Assembly: GCA_964391455.1 (NCBI GenBank)
Contig: CAYMJQ010000001.1
Location: 15,865 to 79,864, forward strand
Direction: 5' to 3'
DNA: 64,000 nt
From: an uncultured Candidatus Saccharibacteria bacterium
Lineage (GTDB): Bacteria > Patescibacteriota > Minisyncoccia > Phycocordibacterales > DATDWN01
Positions 17,898 through 26,683 of the stretch are shown piece by piece. Under the pieces are notes generated by a model. That model searched no databases. It saw only the letters and a program-made list of their open reading frames with translations, and had not been told where the DNA came from. The translations under genes and the position numbers were made by a program. Each line of letters starts with the position of its first letter. Within the stretch, counting starts at the first letter, position 1.

Positions 17898-19970
17898 ATG
17901 GAATTTAAAATAAAAAATGATTTTTTACCAGCCGGAGACCAGCCCAAAGCAATAAAAATGCTATCCGACGGTATTAAAAAGGGGATGAGACACCAAACTC
18001 TTTTGGGGGTAACTGGAAGTGGAAAAACTTTTACTATCGCTAACGTAATACAGGAAGTACAAAAACCAACTTTAGTAATAGCTCACAATAAGACTTTAGC
18101 GGCTCAATTAGCACAAGAATATAAAGAATTTTTCCCTAATAACGCCGTGCATTACTTTGTTTCTTATTATGATTATTATCAACCAGAAGCTTATATGCCT
18201 GTTTCTGATACATATATAGAAAAAGAAGCAATGATAAATGAAGAAATAGAGAGACTAAGACATGCTTCAACCCAAGCTCTTCTCACAAGGCAAGATGTTA
18301 TTGTTGTCGCCTCGGTTTCTTGTATATATGGTTTGGGGTCTCCTATAGAATATGAAAAAGTTAATTTAAAAATAAAAAAAGGAGAAAAAATATCTCGAGC
18401 AGATTTTATAAGAAAACTGATAGATATACATTTTGAAAGGACTAGCGCAGATTTAACCCCTGGCATGTTTAGAGCTATCGGAAATATGATAGAAATTATG
18501 CCTGTCTCTGAAAAAGTTATTTATAGAATAGAGATAGTTGAAAATAGTATAAAAGAAATATTTCAAATAGACAGTATTACAAGAGAAATAGTAAAAGAAG
18601 TGGAGGTATTTTTTCTTTTTCCGGCCAAACACTTTATTTCTACTCCAGAGCAAAGTGAGATGGCTTTTAAAACTATAAAAGCTGAACTTACAAAAAGATT
18701 AAAAGAATTAGAAAAACAAGGTAAAAATCTTGAAGCAGAAAGGTTAAAAAGAAGAACCACTTATGATTTGGCTCTTATAAAAGAAATGGGATATTGTAAT
18801 GGAATTGAAAATTATTCCAGACATTTTTCAGGCAAAAAGGAGGGTGAGGCTCCGGATACTCTACTTTCATATTTTCCACACGATAAAAATGGAAAACCAA
18901 ATTTTTTGACCATTATAGATGAGTCGCATGTTTCTGTCCCACAACTAGGGGCTATGTATGCAGGAGATGCTTCTAGAAAACAGTCTTTGGTTGACTACGG
19001 TTTCAGATTGCCTAGCGCTAAAGATAATAGACCTCTAAAATTTAATGAATTTGAAGAAAGAATAGGTCAGGTTATATATACATCAGCAACTCCAAGTAAA
19101 TACGAGACAGAGCACAGCGAACAAATAGTTGAACAAGTTATTAGACCTACTGGACTTATAGATCCAGTTGTAGATGTAAAACCAATAATTGAAAAAGGTA
19201 AATATCCTGGACAAATAAAAGATTTTATAGATGAAACACAAAAAGCTATTAAAAAAGGTGGAAGAGTTATTGCGACAACTCTTACTAAAAAAATGGCAGA
19301 GGATTTGTCGGAATACCTAAAAGAAAAAGGTATACGTGCAGAATATTTACATAGTGACATAAAAACCATACAAAGAATAGAAATTTTGACTTCTTTGCGT
19401 AAAGGTGAATTTGATGTGCTTGTAGGGGTAAACCTTCTTAGAGAGGGATTGGATTTACCTGAGGTAACTTTGATAGGAATATTAGATGCAGATAAGGAGG
19501 GATTTCTTCGTAGTGAAACAAGTCTTATCCAGATAATAGGCCGTGCAGCTAGAAATTCTGAAGGAAGAGTAATACTGTATGCAGATAATATGACTGGTTC
19601 TATGGAGTATGCTATCAAGGAAACTGAAAGAAGAAGAAATTTACAGCTAGAATACAATAAAAAGCACGGTATCACTCCAAAAACTATTATAAAGAAGATA
19701 CAGGATATCACAGAGCAAATAAAAACAGAACACAGAAAAACAGTTGATGGATTACTTCAGATTGATAAAAAAATGTTAGAAAAAGATCCAGAAAGACTTA
19801 TCAAACAAAAAGAAAAGCAAATGGAAGGAAGTGTTAAAATATTAGATTTTGAAACAGCAGCAATACTTCGAGACGAGATACTAGAATTGCAAAAAATATT
19901 AGAAAAGAAAGCAAAAGAAGATAAAAAAGCAAAAGTGAAAAATCCTAGAAATAAAGATTTGCTTATGTAG
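17898..19970 (+). CDS. uvrB: Excinuclease ABC subunit B
   Basis: GVTGSGKTFT (Walker A), helicase motifs and the C-terminal UVR domain are present. Confidence 0.95.
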   Translation: MEFKIKNDFLPAGDQPKAIKMLSDGIKKGMRHQTLLGVTGSGKTFTIANVIQEVQKPTLVIAHNKTLAAQLAQEYKEFFPNNAVHYFVSYYDYYQPEAYMPVSDTYIEKEAMINEEIERLRHASTQALLTRQDVIVVASVSCIYGLGSPIEYEKVNLKIKKGEKISRADFIRKLIDIHFERTSADLTPGMFRAIGNMIEIMPVSEKVIYRIEIVENSIKEIFQIDSITREIVKEVEVFFLFPAKHFISTPEQSEMAFKTIKAELTKRLKELEKQGKNLEAERLKRRTTYDLALIKEMGYCNGIENYSRHFSGKKEGEAPDTLLSYFPHDKNGKPNFLTIIDESHVSVPQLGAMYAGDASRKQSLVDYGFRLPSAKDNRPLKFNEFEERIGQVIYTSATPSKYETEHSEQIVEQVIRPTGLIDPVVDVKPIIEKGKYPGQIKDFIDETQKAIKKGGRVIATTLTKKMAEDLSEYLKEKGIRAEYLHSDIKTIQRIEILTSLRKGEFDVLVGVNLLREGLDLPEVTLIGILDADKEGFLRSETSLIQIIGRAARNSEGRVILYADNMTGSMEYAIKETERRRNLQLEYNKKHGITPKTIIKKIQDITEQIKTEHRKTVDGLLQIDKKMLEKDPERLIKQKEKQMEGSVKILDFETAAILRDEILELQKILEKKAKEDKKAKVKNPRNKDLLM

Positions 19971-20021
19971 TTTATATTTGACTTTTTATTTTAGCATTGT
20001 ATTTTATATTAGGAGGTGTTC

Positions 20022-20105
20022 ATGGTTGTTTGTGTCGCATTAGGGATCGTTTTTTGTTTTTTTGTCTTTTGTGGGTTTATGACTTTCAAAACCACAAGAG
20101 CGTAG
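20022..20105 (+). CDS. Candidate 27-aa hydrophobic micro-protein (MVVCVALGIVFCFFVFCGFMTFKTTRA) with a perfect SD
   Basis: AGGAGG sits 5 nt upstream of the ATG. A possible TTGACT promoter lies at 19978. An intrinsic terminator follows at 20116-20146. The overlapping 77-aa ORF (19997-20230) reads through the SD and looks spurious. Confidence 0.3.
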   Translation: MVVCVALGIVFCFFVFCGFMTFKTTRA

Positions 20106-20115
20106 TCTTGGTATG

Positions 20116-20146
20116 CCGGCGGACCTTTCAGGTTTGCCGGTTTTCG
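20116..20146 (+). terminator. Intrinsic terminator (CCGGCGGACC-TTTCA-GGTTTGCCGG followed by TTTTCG) between uvrB and uvrA
   Basis: A 10-bp stem (with G-U pairs) and a U-run were read directly. Confidence 0.55.
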
Positions 20147-20226
20147 TTTATATGTTACTATATTGTTCTATATATAACCCATAGGGCCAACGGAGGTCTA
20201 TTTTTTCGTATAAATCCAAACAAAAA

Positions 20227-22866
20227 ATGAAACAAAAAAATCAACAAAGTAATACTGATTTAATAGTTGTAAAAGGGGCGCGGACTCATAATCTAAAAAA
20301 TATAACTGTGGAGATGCCTAGAAACAAAATGATTGTTTTTACCGGGCTTTCTGGTTCAGGTAAGTCTTCTCTTGCTTTTGATACTATTTTCGCTGAAGGC
20401 CAACGTAGATATGTTGAGTCTCTTTCTTCATATGCAAGACAGTTTTTGCGACAAATGCAAAAACCAGATGTAGATGAAATACAAGGGTTGTCTCCTGCAA
20501 TTTCCATAGACCAGAAATCTAGATCAAATAACCCGCGTTCAACTGTAGCTACTATAACTGAAATATATGATTACCTGCGTATTATGTATTCTCGCGTGGG
20601 GCATCCGCACTGCCTTGTTTGTGGAGATGAAATTACGAAACTATCCAATGAAGAGATAAAAAATTTTGTTTTAGAGAAAATAAAAAATGTAAAAGTTTCT
20701 GGAGCAAAAATACCATTACCTTTTTATGTAGAAATATATGCACCGTTGGTAAAAGGTAGAAAAGGGGAGTACTACCAATTACTTTATGATTTGCTAGGGA
20801 AAGGCTATTCATATGTTCTTGTAGATGGAGTTAAAAAATCTTTGCGAGACAGAGTGGAACTTTCAAAAAACAAAAGACACAACATAGATGTTTTAGTTGA
20901 TAGTATTTCTATTTTAGATTTCAAAACAGATATAAAAAGTAGTGAAGAAAGATTGGCTGAGAGTTTGGAGAGAGCACTTAACGAATCAGATGGTCAAGTT
21001 AGAATTATTTTTAACGATTTTACACCGAAGCGAAGCGAAGGCAATAAACAATCTGAAGTTGAAGCCCCGACTGAATTTTTTATGTCTTCAAAACTTTCCT
21101 GTCCGAAAGATGGATATTCTTATCCAGAAGTAGAGCCGAGACTTTTTTCTTTTAACTCTCCTTATGGTGCTTGTCCAGAATGTAATGGTCTAGGTACTAG
21201 ACATTTTTTCGGAAAAGAAGTTTGTCCAAAGTGTAAAGGGGCTCGTCTTAGAGAAGAAGCCTTGCATGTTTTGATTGGCAAAAAAAACATAGTGGAATTA
21301 ACCTCTATGTCCATAAAAGATGCTTTTGATTTTCTTAATACAATAAAACTATCTGAAAGAGAAAAAAATATTTCTAAAGTGGTGATGAGAGAAATAGAAG
21401 CAAGACTTTTGTTTATGATAAATGTCGGGATTGAGTATCTATCTTTAGACAGAAGAGCTCATACTTTGTCAGGAGGTGAAGCGCAACGTATCCGCCTAGC
21501 TTCACAGCTTGGTTCTGGTTTGGTTGGCGCTCTATATGTTTTAGATGAGCCCACAATAGGTCTACATAGTAGAGATAATGACAGACTAATCCAAACTCTG
21601 TTAGATTTGAAAAATCTAGGCAACACTATTATTGTTGTAGAACATGATGAAGATACTATATTTGCATCTGATTACATAGTAGATATTGGCCCCGGTGCTG
21701 GAGTTCATGGAGGTAATGTCGTAGTTTCTGGGCAATTAGATGAACTTTTAACTGCAAAAACAAATAAATCGGGTTCTATAACTCTGGATTACTTGCGTGG
21801 AGACAAGATAGTTGAAGTTCCAGAAAATCGTAGGGAAGAAGAAAGAGGTAAGATACAAATACGTGGAGGGAAAATATTTAATATTAAAAATCTAAATGTT
21901 GATATTCCGCTTTCAAAGTTTATTGTAGTTACCGGAGTTTCTGGTTCAGGTAAGTCTTCTTTTGTTTATGAAATACTACATAGGAATTTACAAGCTCGTT
22001 TTGAAAGAAAATATCGCTCCGCGGAAATATATAATTGTAAATCTTTTACTGGTACGGAATATTTGGGTAGAGCAATACTTATTGACCAATCACCTATAGG
22101 AAGAACCCCGAGAAGCAATCCAGCAACATATACTGGGGCATGGACTTTTATTAGAGATTTATTTGCAGAGACTTCTGAAGCTCGTGCTCGTGGCTGGAAA
22201 AGCAGTAGATTTTCTTTCAACGTTAAAGGTGGAAGATGCGAGACTTGTCAGGGTAATGGGATGATAGAGGTAGAAATGCATTTTCTCCCAACTGTTTATG
22301 TGCCTTGTGATGTTTGTAAAGGAAAAAGATTTATGAAAGAAACTTTGGAGGTTCACTATAAAAAGAAAAATATTCATGATGTGTTAAAAATGACCATAGA
22401 AGAAGCTTTGGATTTTTTTCAAGATATACCGGCTATATATGAAAGATTAAAATGTTTAGATGATGTTGGTCTTGGTTATCTTGAGTTGGGTCAGTCAGCG
22501 ACAACTCTTTCAGGGGGAGAGGCCCAAAGAGTTAAAATATCTTCTGAACTTTATAGGCCACATTTACAAAAAACAATTTATCTTTTAGACGAACCAACTA
22601 TAGGTTTACACTATGAAGATGTTAAAAAATTAATTGAAATACTGCAAAAACTGGTAAGTAAAGGAAATACTGTTTTAGTTATTGAACACAATATGGATGT
22701 TATAAAATCAGCAGATTATATTTTAGATATTGGTCCGGAAGGTGGGGAAGGTGGTGGTCAACTTATAGCAAAAGGGACCCCAGAAGAGGTCGCCAATAAT
22801 GAAAAAAGTCATACTGGAAAGTATTTAAAAAAGGCGCTTAAACAGTATAGGGCTTATAGAAAATAG
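20227..22866 (+). CDS. uvrA: Excinuclease ABC subunit A
   Basis: It has two ABC ATPase modules (GLSGSGKSSLAFDT; GVSGSGKSSFVYE), Zn fingers and LSGGEAQR signature motifs. At 879 aa it is somewhat shorter than typical. Confidence 0.95.
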   Translation: MKQKNQQSNTDLIVVKGARTHNLKNITVEMPRNKMIVFTGLSGSGKSSLAFDTIFAEGQRRYVESLSSYARQFLRQMQKPDVDEIQGLSPAISIDQKSRSNNPRSTVATITEIYDYLRIMYSRVGHPHCLVCGDEITKLSNEEIKNFVLEKIKNVKVSGAKIPLPFYVEIYAPLVKGRKGEYYQLLYDLLGKGYSYVLVDGVKKSLRDRVELSKNKRHNIDVLVDSISILDFKTDIKSSEERLAESLERALNESDGQVRIIFNDFTPKRSEGNKQSEVEAPTEFFMSSKLSCPKDGYSYPEVEPRLFSFNSPYGACPECNGLGTRHFFGKEVCPKCKGARLREEALHVLIGKKNIVELTSMSIKDAFDFLNTIKLSEREKNISKVVMREIEARLLFMINVGIEYLSLDRRAHTLSGGEAQRIRLASQLGSGLVGALYVLDEPTIGLHSRDNDRLIQTLLDLKNLGNTIIVVEHDEDTIFASDYIVDIGPGAGVHGGNVVVSGQLDELLTAKTNKSGSITLDYLRGDKIVEVPENRREEERGKIQIRGGKIFNIKNLNVDIPLSKFIVVTGVSGSGKSSFVYEILHRNLQARFERKYRSAEIYNCKSFTGTEYLGRAILIDQSPIGRTPRSNPATYTGAWTFIRDLFAETSEARARGWKSSRFSFNVKGGRCETCQGNGMIEVEMHFLPTVYVPCDVCKGKRFMKETLEVHYKKKNIHDVLKMTIEEALDFFQDIPAIYERLKCLDDVGLGYLELGQSATTLSGGEAQRVKISSELYRPHLQKTIYLLDEPTIGLHYEDVKKLIEILQKLVSKGNTVLVIEHNMDVIKSADYILDIGPEGGEGGGQLIAKGTPEEVANNEKSHTGKYLKKALKQYRAYRK

Positions 22867-22870
22867 TTTA

Positions 22871-22907
22871 TTAAAATGAAAACTGGCGCCGAAACGAATC
22901 GACGCCA
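22871..22907 (-). terminator. Hairpin (CTGGCG...CGCCAG) with a minus-strand U-tract. It terminates the small minus-strand ORF and also sits just past the uvrA stop
   Basis: Read directly. Confidence 0.45.
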
Positions 22908-22919
22908 GCTACGGGAACC

Positions 22920-23063
22920 TCACAGATAGCCCTCCTTTTTGAACGGATCCACCTCGTCCACGAGGTGGAAAAATTCGCTGATCGGCTCCACCACCACCTC
23001 TTTCACGAGGTAGATGGCGCCGACTCCAATCAGAACGAGTGCCGGAAGATTGTATTCCAGCAT
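22920..23063 (-). CDS. Candidate 47-aa membrane peptide (MLEYNLPALVLIGVGAIYLVKEVVVEPISEFFHLVDEVDPFKKEGYL) in a high-GC patch
   Basis: GGAGGTG SD sits 4 nt upstream of the ATG at 23063. It has one predicted TM helix. Local GC is about 55%. The 66-aa ORF listed at 22909-23109 is in another frame and looks spurious. Confidence 0.3.
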   Translation of the reverse strand: MLEYNLPALVLIGVGAIYLVKEVVVEPISEFFHLVDEVDPFKKEGYL

Positions 23064-23081
23064 TGACACCTCCACTACATA

Positions 23082-24416
23082 TTGTATAATAAAATAGATA
23101 AAAAGTCAAGCATTTTTGTGGATAAGAGCATAATCAAAAAAGAAATATCTAATTTACCTAGTAGTCCGGGAGTCTATATTTTTAAACGTGGAAATAAAAT
23201 TTTATACATTGGTAAAGCAACATCACTGAAAGATAGGGTTAGGAGTTATTTTAACAAAGATGTTGTAAACAACAGATCTCCTTTGATCTATAGAATGTTG
23301 CAATCGTTTAATAAAATAGAGCACATTAAAACCGATTCTGTTCTTGAGGCTCTGGTTCTAGAAGCACATTTAATAAAAAAACATCAACCAGAAGCCAATA
23401 TAAAAGAAAAAGATAATAAAAGTTTTAATTTTGTTGTCATAACAAAGGAAGATTTTCCTAGGGTTTTGATAATGCGAGGCAGGGATTTATTAAACAATCA
23501 TTTTTTAAATAAAAATGATTATGAAATATCGTATTCTTTCGGCCCATTTCCTAACGGATCACAATTGAAAGAGGCTATGAAAATAGTACGCAAAATGTTT
23601 CCTTTTAGAGATAAATGTGAACCTTGCAAAGTTATAGAAAATAAAGAGTTAATTTCTTTCGATATATCGAAAGAAATTAATAAGAACAATAGTACAAAGT
23701 ATTGTAAACCATGTTTTAATCGACAGATAGGTTTATGCCCGGGTGTTTGTACTGGAGAGGTTTCAAAAGAAGATTATGCTAAACAGATAAACAATATAAA
23801 ACTTTTTTTTGAAGGAAACAAAAAACAACTTTTGAAAAACCTTGAGAAACAAATGCAAGGTTTCGCTAAACAAAAAAAATTTGAAGAAGCTAACATTACT
23901 AAACGTACATTGTATACACTAAACCATATTCAAGATGTTGCGCTTATCAAAGAAGAAAGTTTAATAAACTATAGTAACAATTTTCGCATTGAATCTTACG
24001 ACATAGCTCACATGTCTGGGAAAAATGTTGTTGGAGTTATGACTGTTATAGAAAATGGTGAAATATCAAAACAAGAGTATAGAAAATTTAAGATAAAAGA
24101 GGATCCTGGAATAAATGATACTAAAGCTTTGTCTGAGGTTTTGACCCGTAGATTTGCCCATATAGAATGGAGATTTCCAGATTTAATAGTTGTAGATGGT
24201 GGGGTTGCTCAAAAAAGAGTAGTAGAAAGGGTTTTGAAAGAAAATCATCAAAAAATCCCAGTAGTTTCCGTAGTTAAAGACGAAAGACATAAACCAAAAG
24301 AGATTTTGGGAGATAAAAAATGGCTTAAGTTTGAAAGGGAAATATTACTTTCAAATGCAGAGGCTCATAGATATGCTATAAATTTTCACAAACAGTTAAG
24401 AAGAAAGATTTTTTAA
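23082..24416 (+). CDS. uvrC: Excinuclease ABC subunit C (short form lacking the C-terminal HhH2 region)
   Basis: The GIY-YIG domain (LPSSPGVYIFKRGNKILYIGKATSLKDR...YF) and the RNase-H-like endonuclease region (ESYDIAHMSGKN...VVDGG) are present. The start is uncertain: TTG at 23082 or GTG near 23118. Confidence 0.8.
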   Translation: MYNKIDKKSSIFVDKSIIKKEISNLPSSPGVYIFKRGNKILYIGKATSLKDRVRSYFNKDVVNNRSPLIYRMLQSFNKIEHIKTDSVLEALVLEAHLIKKHQPEANIKEKDNKSFNFVVITKEDFPRVLIMRGRDLLNNHFLNKNDYEISYSFGPFPNGSQLKEAMKIVRKMFPFRDKCEPCKVIENKELISFDISKEINKNNSTKYCKPCFNRQIGLCPGVCTGEVSKEDYAKQINNIKLFFEGNKKQLLKNLEKQMQGFAKQKKFEEANITKRTLYTLNHIQDVALIKEESLINYSNNFRIESYDIAHMSGKNVVGVMTVIENGEISKQEYRKFKIKEDPGINDTKALSEVLTRRFAHIEWRFPDLIVVDGGVAQKRVVERVLKENHQKIPVVSVVKDERHKPKEILGDKKWLKFEREILLSNAEAHRYAINFHKQLRRKIF

Positions 24417-24560
24417 TAGTATTTATCCACATTGTTTATTGTTTTTAAATCTAGTATATTTGTAACTTGCGTGTACAGGTTACACGCAGATGTTCTTTCT
24501 ATTTTTCGGCCGAAAAATTTTCTGGGACCCTTTTTTGTGGGTCCAACGATGTTTCAATCG

Positions 24561-24602
24561 AGCACTCGCACACGATAGTAATTCTTGCGAGTGCTTTTGT
24601 GT
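24561..24602 (+). terminator. Intrinsic terminator after uvrC (AGCACTCGCA...TGCGAGTGCT followed by TTTTG)
   Basis: A 10-bp perfect stem plus a U-run. Two further hairpins precede it at 24463-24485 and 24522-24546. Confidence 0.6.
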
Positions 24603-24624
24603 AATATTTTGATATAATATTTTT

Positions 24625-25602
24625 ATGTACAATATACCTGACTCACTTAGAATAGGAGTAATAAGAGGCGGACCTTCATCTGAGTACGATGTTTCTTTAA
24701 AAACAGGCGGACATGTATTAGAAATTCTTTCTGAGACCCATAAACCAATTGATATTTTTATTTCAAAAGATGGAGTGTGGCATATGTATGGCCTAGAGAA
24801 AACCCCAAGTCAGATTTTAAAAAATATAGATGTTGTTTGGAATGGTCTTCATGGGGAATTTGGTGAAGATGGAAAGGTTCAAGAAATACTACATCATCAT
24901 GGAGTTAAGTTTACTGGTTCGCACAAATATCCTTCTTCCTTGGCTATGAATAAGTGGTTGACCAAAGAGCATTTAAAACCATTTGGTATAAAAACTCCAG
25001 TATCTCATTTAGTAAGACAGACAGATTATTTAAAAGAAAAATCAAAAGAAATATTTTTAAATATTCCGCATCCACTTATAGTCAAACCGGTGAAAGGAGG
25101 ATCTTCTGTGGGTATAAAAATAGTTTCTAATTATAGAGATTTATATAAAGCTCTTTATGATATTTTATCTTCGGGCAGTGATGCCTTGGTTGAGGAATAT
25201 ATTAAAGGTAAAGAAGCAACAGTTGGAGTTATAGATAATTTTAGAAATCAAGATATTTATATTCTTCCACCTATAGAAATAAGACATAAAAGCGATAGTG
25301 GATTTTTTGATTTTGATTCTAAATACAATGGAGAAACAGAAGAAATATGTCCTGGGAATTTTAGTGAGAAAGAAAAAAAAGAAATAGAAAGAATTGCTGC
25401 AACCGTGCATAAAAATTTAGGTTTGAGACATTATTCTAGGTCGGATTTTATAGTTTCTCCAAAAAGAGGGATTTATTTTTTGGAAGTAAATACATTGCCG
25501 GGCTTAACAAAAGAATCCTTAATGCCAAAAGCTTTAAATTCTGTCGGCTCTTCTATAAAAGATTTTATTTATCATATATTAGATTTAACTTTGAGGTATT
25601 AA
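24625..25602 (+). CDS. ddl: D-alanine--D-alanine ligase
   Basis: It has an ATP-grasp fold. EYDVSLKTG, VKPVKGGSSVGI and the C-terminal FLEVNTLPGLT are present. Confidence 0.9.
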   Translation: MYNIPDSLRIGVIRGGPSSEYDVSLKTGGHVLEILSETHKPIDIFISKDGVWHMYGLEKTPSQILKNIDVVWNGLHGEFGEDGKVQEILHHHGVKFTGSHKYPSSLAMNKWLTKEHLKPFGIKTPVSHLVRQTDYLKEKSKEIFLNIPHPLIVKPVKGGSSVGIKIVSNYRDLYKALYDILSSGSDALVEEYIKGKEATVGVIDNFRNQDIYILPPIEIRHKSDSGFFDFDSKYNGETEEICPGNFSEKEKKEIERIAATVHKNLGLRHYSRSDFIVSPKRGIYFLEVNTLPGLTKESLMPKALNSVGSSIKDFIYHILDLTLRY

Positions 25603-25605
25603 AAA

Positions 25606-25641
25606 GCCTAACGAGAGAGGTCAACTTCTCTCTCGTTAGGC
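25606..25641. terminator. Perfect 14-bp palindromic hairpin (GCCTAACGAGAGAG-loop-CTCTCTCGTTAGGC) between the convergent ddl and the minus-strand GC-rich ORF
   Basis: Read directly. The A/T run is on the upstream side, so it acts as a terminator chiefly for the minus-strand gene. Confidence 0.55.
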
Positions 25642-25646
25642 CTGCG

Positions 25647-26012
25647 TTACCTCGCTACAAAGTAGCGAATCGGAAGATGCGCCCTTTTGTCTCTGGGTAC
25701 ATACTCATCTTCCAAAAATTCTTCAATGGGGATTTGACCTGTTACGGTCGAGGCCGGCTGGACGTACGAAAAGAACACAACATTACCAGAATACCAAGGA
25801 TTCTTCCTTACTGGATTCTGGCAAAGCTGTATTACTGTAGCACCGGCGGTCCCAATTTCTGGGACATTGGTGTTGTGAAGACCAATCTGACATTTGCTTG
25901 TTTCAATCTGAACAAGCTGTTTGCCGGATACGAGATCACTTTGGGTGACAGGGAAGAATCCCTGTCTCTTCATGTGTTCCCGCAGTCTTTTTATCTTGAA
26001 ATAACTCGGCAT
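25647..26012 (-). CDS. Hypothetical 121-aa protein encoded in a GC-elevated segment directly downstream of tRNA-Ala(GGC)
   Basis: A strong SD (AAGGAGG) sits 7 nt upstream of the ATG at 26012. There is no signal peptide and no recognisable domain. GC is about 48%. The plus-strand 119-aa ORF over the same DNA lacks an SD. Confidence 0.35.
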   Translation of the reverse strand: MPSYFKIKRLREHMKRQGFFPVTQSDLVSGKQLVQIETSKCQIGLHNTNVPEIGTAGATVIQLCQNPVRKNPWYSGNVVFFSYVQPASTVTGQIPIEEFLEDEYVPRDKRAHLPIRYFVAR

Positions 26013-26080
26013 CTCTATCCTCCTTTTGATCTGTAAGGTATAGAAGCATTTATTATGTGTTTTGTCTATGATTTAAACAG

Positions 26081-26151
26081 TGGACCTAGGGAGAATCGAA
26101 CTCCCGCTACATCCATGCCATGGATATGTTATACCACTTAACTATAGGCCC
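26081..26151 (-). tRNA. tRNA-Ala (anticodon GGC)
   Basis: The cloverleaf was folded by eye: acceptor GGGCCUA/UAGGUCC with the G3-U70 Ala identity pair, anticodon loop AUGGCAU, T-loop UUCGAUU and discriminator A. CCA is not encoded. Confidence 0.8.
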
Positions 26152-26275
26152 GAATATTTTAGAAGATTATAAATAATTTGTAAGATAATTCAAAATCTGG
26201 TAATCTTTTCTCTGGGGGTTATGGTCACATATATTTTGCTCGTCGACCTCGTCGTCTCGTCCATTTCAGTCTTAT

Positions 26276-26399
26276 GGGCCCGTAGCTCATCTGGTAGAGT
26301 GAGATTGGGTAAGGGAACCAATCGCAAGATCGGAGGCTGGCCGGGCCGAGGTGGGGTCGCAAAATTTTTAACAAAAAATTATTGTGACCATCATTTGCA
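26276..26399 (+). pseudogene. Chimeric tRNA-Ala fragment: an exact copy of nt 1-24 of the downstream tRNA-Ala(UGC), an 89-nt GC-rich unrelated insert, then an 11-nt copy of the anticodon-arm segment (CATCATTTGCA). There is no 3' half
   Basis: There are direct sequence identities to 26429-26452 and 26455-26465. The fragment cannot fold into a complete tRNA. Confidence 0.5.
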
Positions 26400-26428
26400 C
26401 AAATAAAATGTTCTAACAATTTAATACT

Positions 26429-26501
26429 GGGCCCGTAGCTCATCTGGTAGAGCACATCATTTGCAATGATGGGGTGGCAGGTTCGAGTCCTGTCGGGTCC
26501 A
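26429..26501 (+). tRNA. tRNA-Ala (anticodon UGC)
   Basis: Acceptor GGGCCCG/CGGGUCC with G3-U70, D-arm GCUCAUCUGGUAGAGC, anticodon loop UUUGCAA, T-arm GCAGG-UUCGAGU-CCUGU. It is 73 nt long and CCA is not encoded. Confidence 0.9.
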
Positions 26502-26505
26502 CAGA

Positions 26506-26533
26506 AAAAAGTCCGCCTTGTGCGGATTTTTTC
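26506..26533 (+). terminator. Intrinsic terminator after tRNA-Ala(UGC) (GTCCGC-CTTGT-GCGGAT followed by T6)
   Basis: Read directly. Confidence 0.65.
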
Positions 26534-26667
26534 GTGACCCGAAGTAAAGCGAAGCTTTACGTCAGGACTCTAACGACGGAGCGACTTTTGATTTAGCAAA
26601 ATCAAAACGCGAGTCGGTGCCCAGACCAAAAATTTCTGACGAGAAATTTTTGAGTCGAGGGAGAGAT

Positions 26668-26683
26668 TCCTGTCGGGTCCACA
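26668..26683 (+). repeat. 16-nt exact direct repeat of the 3' end of tRNA-Ala(UGC) (TCCTGTCGGGTCCACA; about 20 nt with one mismatch), 165 bp downstream of the gene. It is followed by its own terminator at 26696-26720
   Basis: Identity with 26488-26503 was read directly. The downstream hairpin is CTCTGG-TTAGTT-CCAGAG followed by T6. Confidence 0.6.

Noticed and set aside
17898-19970. Minus-strand ORFs inside uvrB (18191-18466, 18453-18653, 18563-18760, 19067-19711)
   Set aside because: They are antisense to an unambiguous uvrB CDS and have low-complexity translations.
19997-20230. 77-aa Cys-rich ORF between uvrB and uvrA
   Set aside because: It reads through the AGGAGG SD and the terminator hairpin. 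It has no RBS of its own. The 27-aa ORF in the other frame has a perfect SD and is the more plausible product.
22909-23109. 66-aa minus-strand ORF (MTFYLFYYTICSGG...)
   Set aside because: The frame runs through the SD of the better-supported 47-aa ORF and across the uvrC start. It has a Gly/Arg-rich translation and no RBS.
25677-26036. Plus-strand 119-aa ORF overlapping the minus-strand 121-aa ORF
   Set aside because: The minus-strand frame has a strong AAGGAGG SD and a proper terminator, and the plus-strand one has neither.
26276-26399. Upstream tRNA-Ala-like element as a functional intron-containing tRNA gene
   Set aside because: The 3' half (anticodon stem 3' strand, T-arm, acceptor 3' strand) is missing after the anticodon-loop fragment. 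It therefore cannot form a tRNA even after hypothetical intron removal.
26221-26455. ORFs 26221-26406 (+) and 26225-26455 (-) across the tRNA-Ala region
   Set aside because: They overlap tRNA sequence and the tRNA-fragment mosaic. They have no RBS and are almost certainly non-coding.
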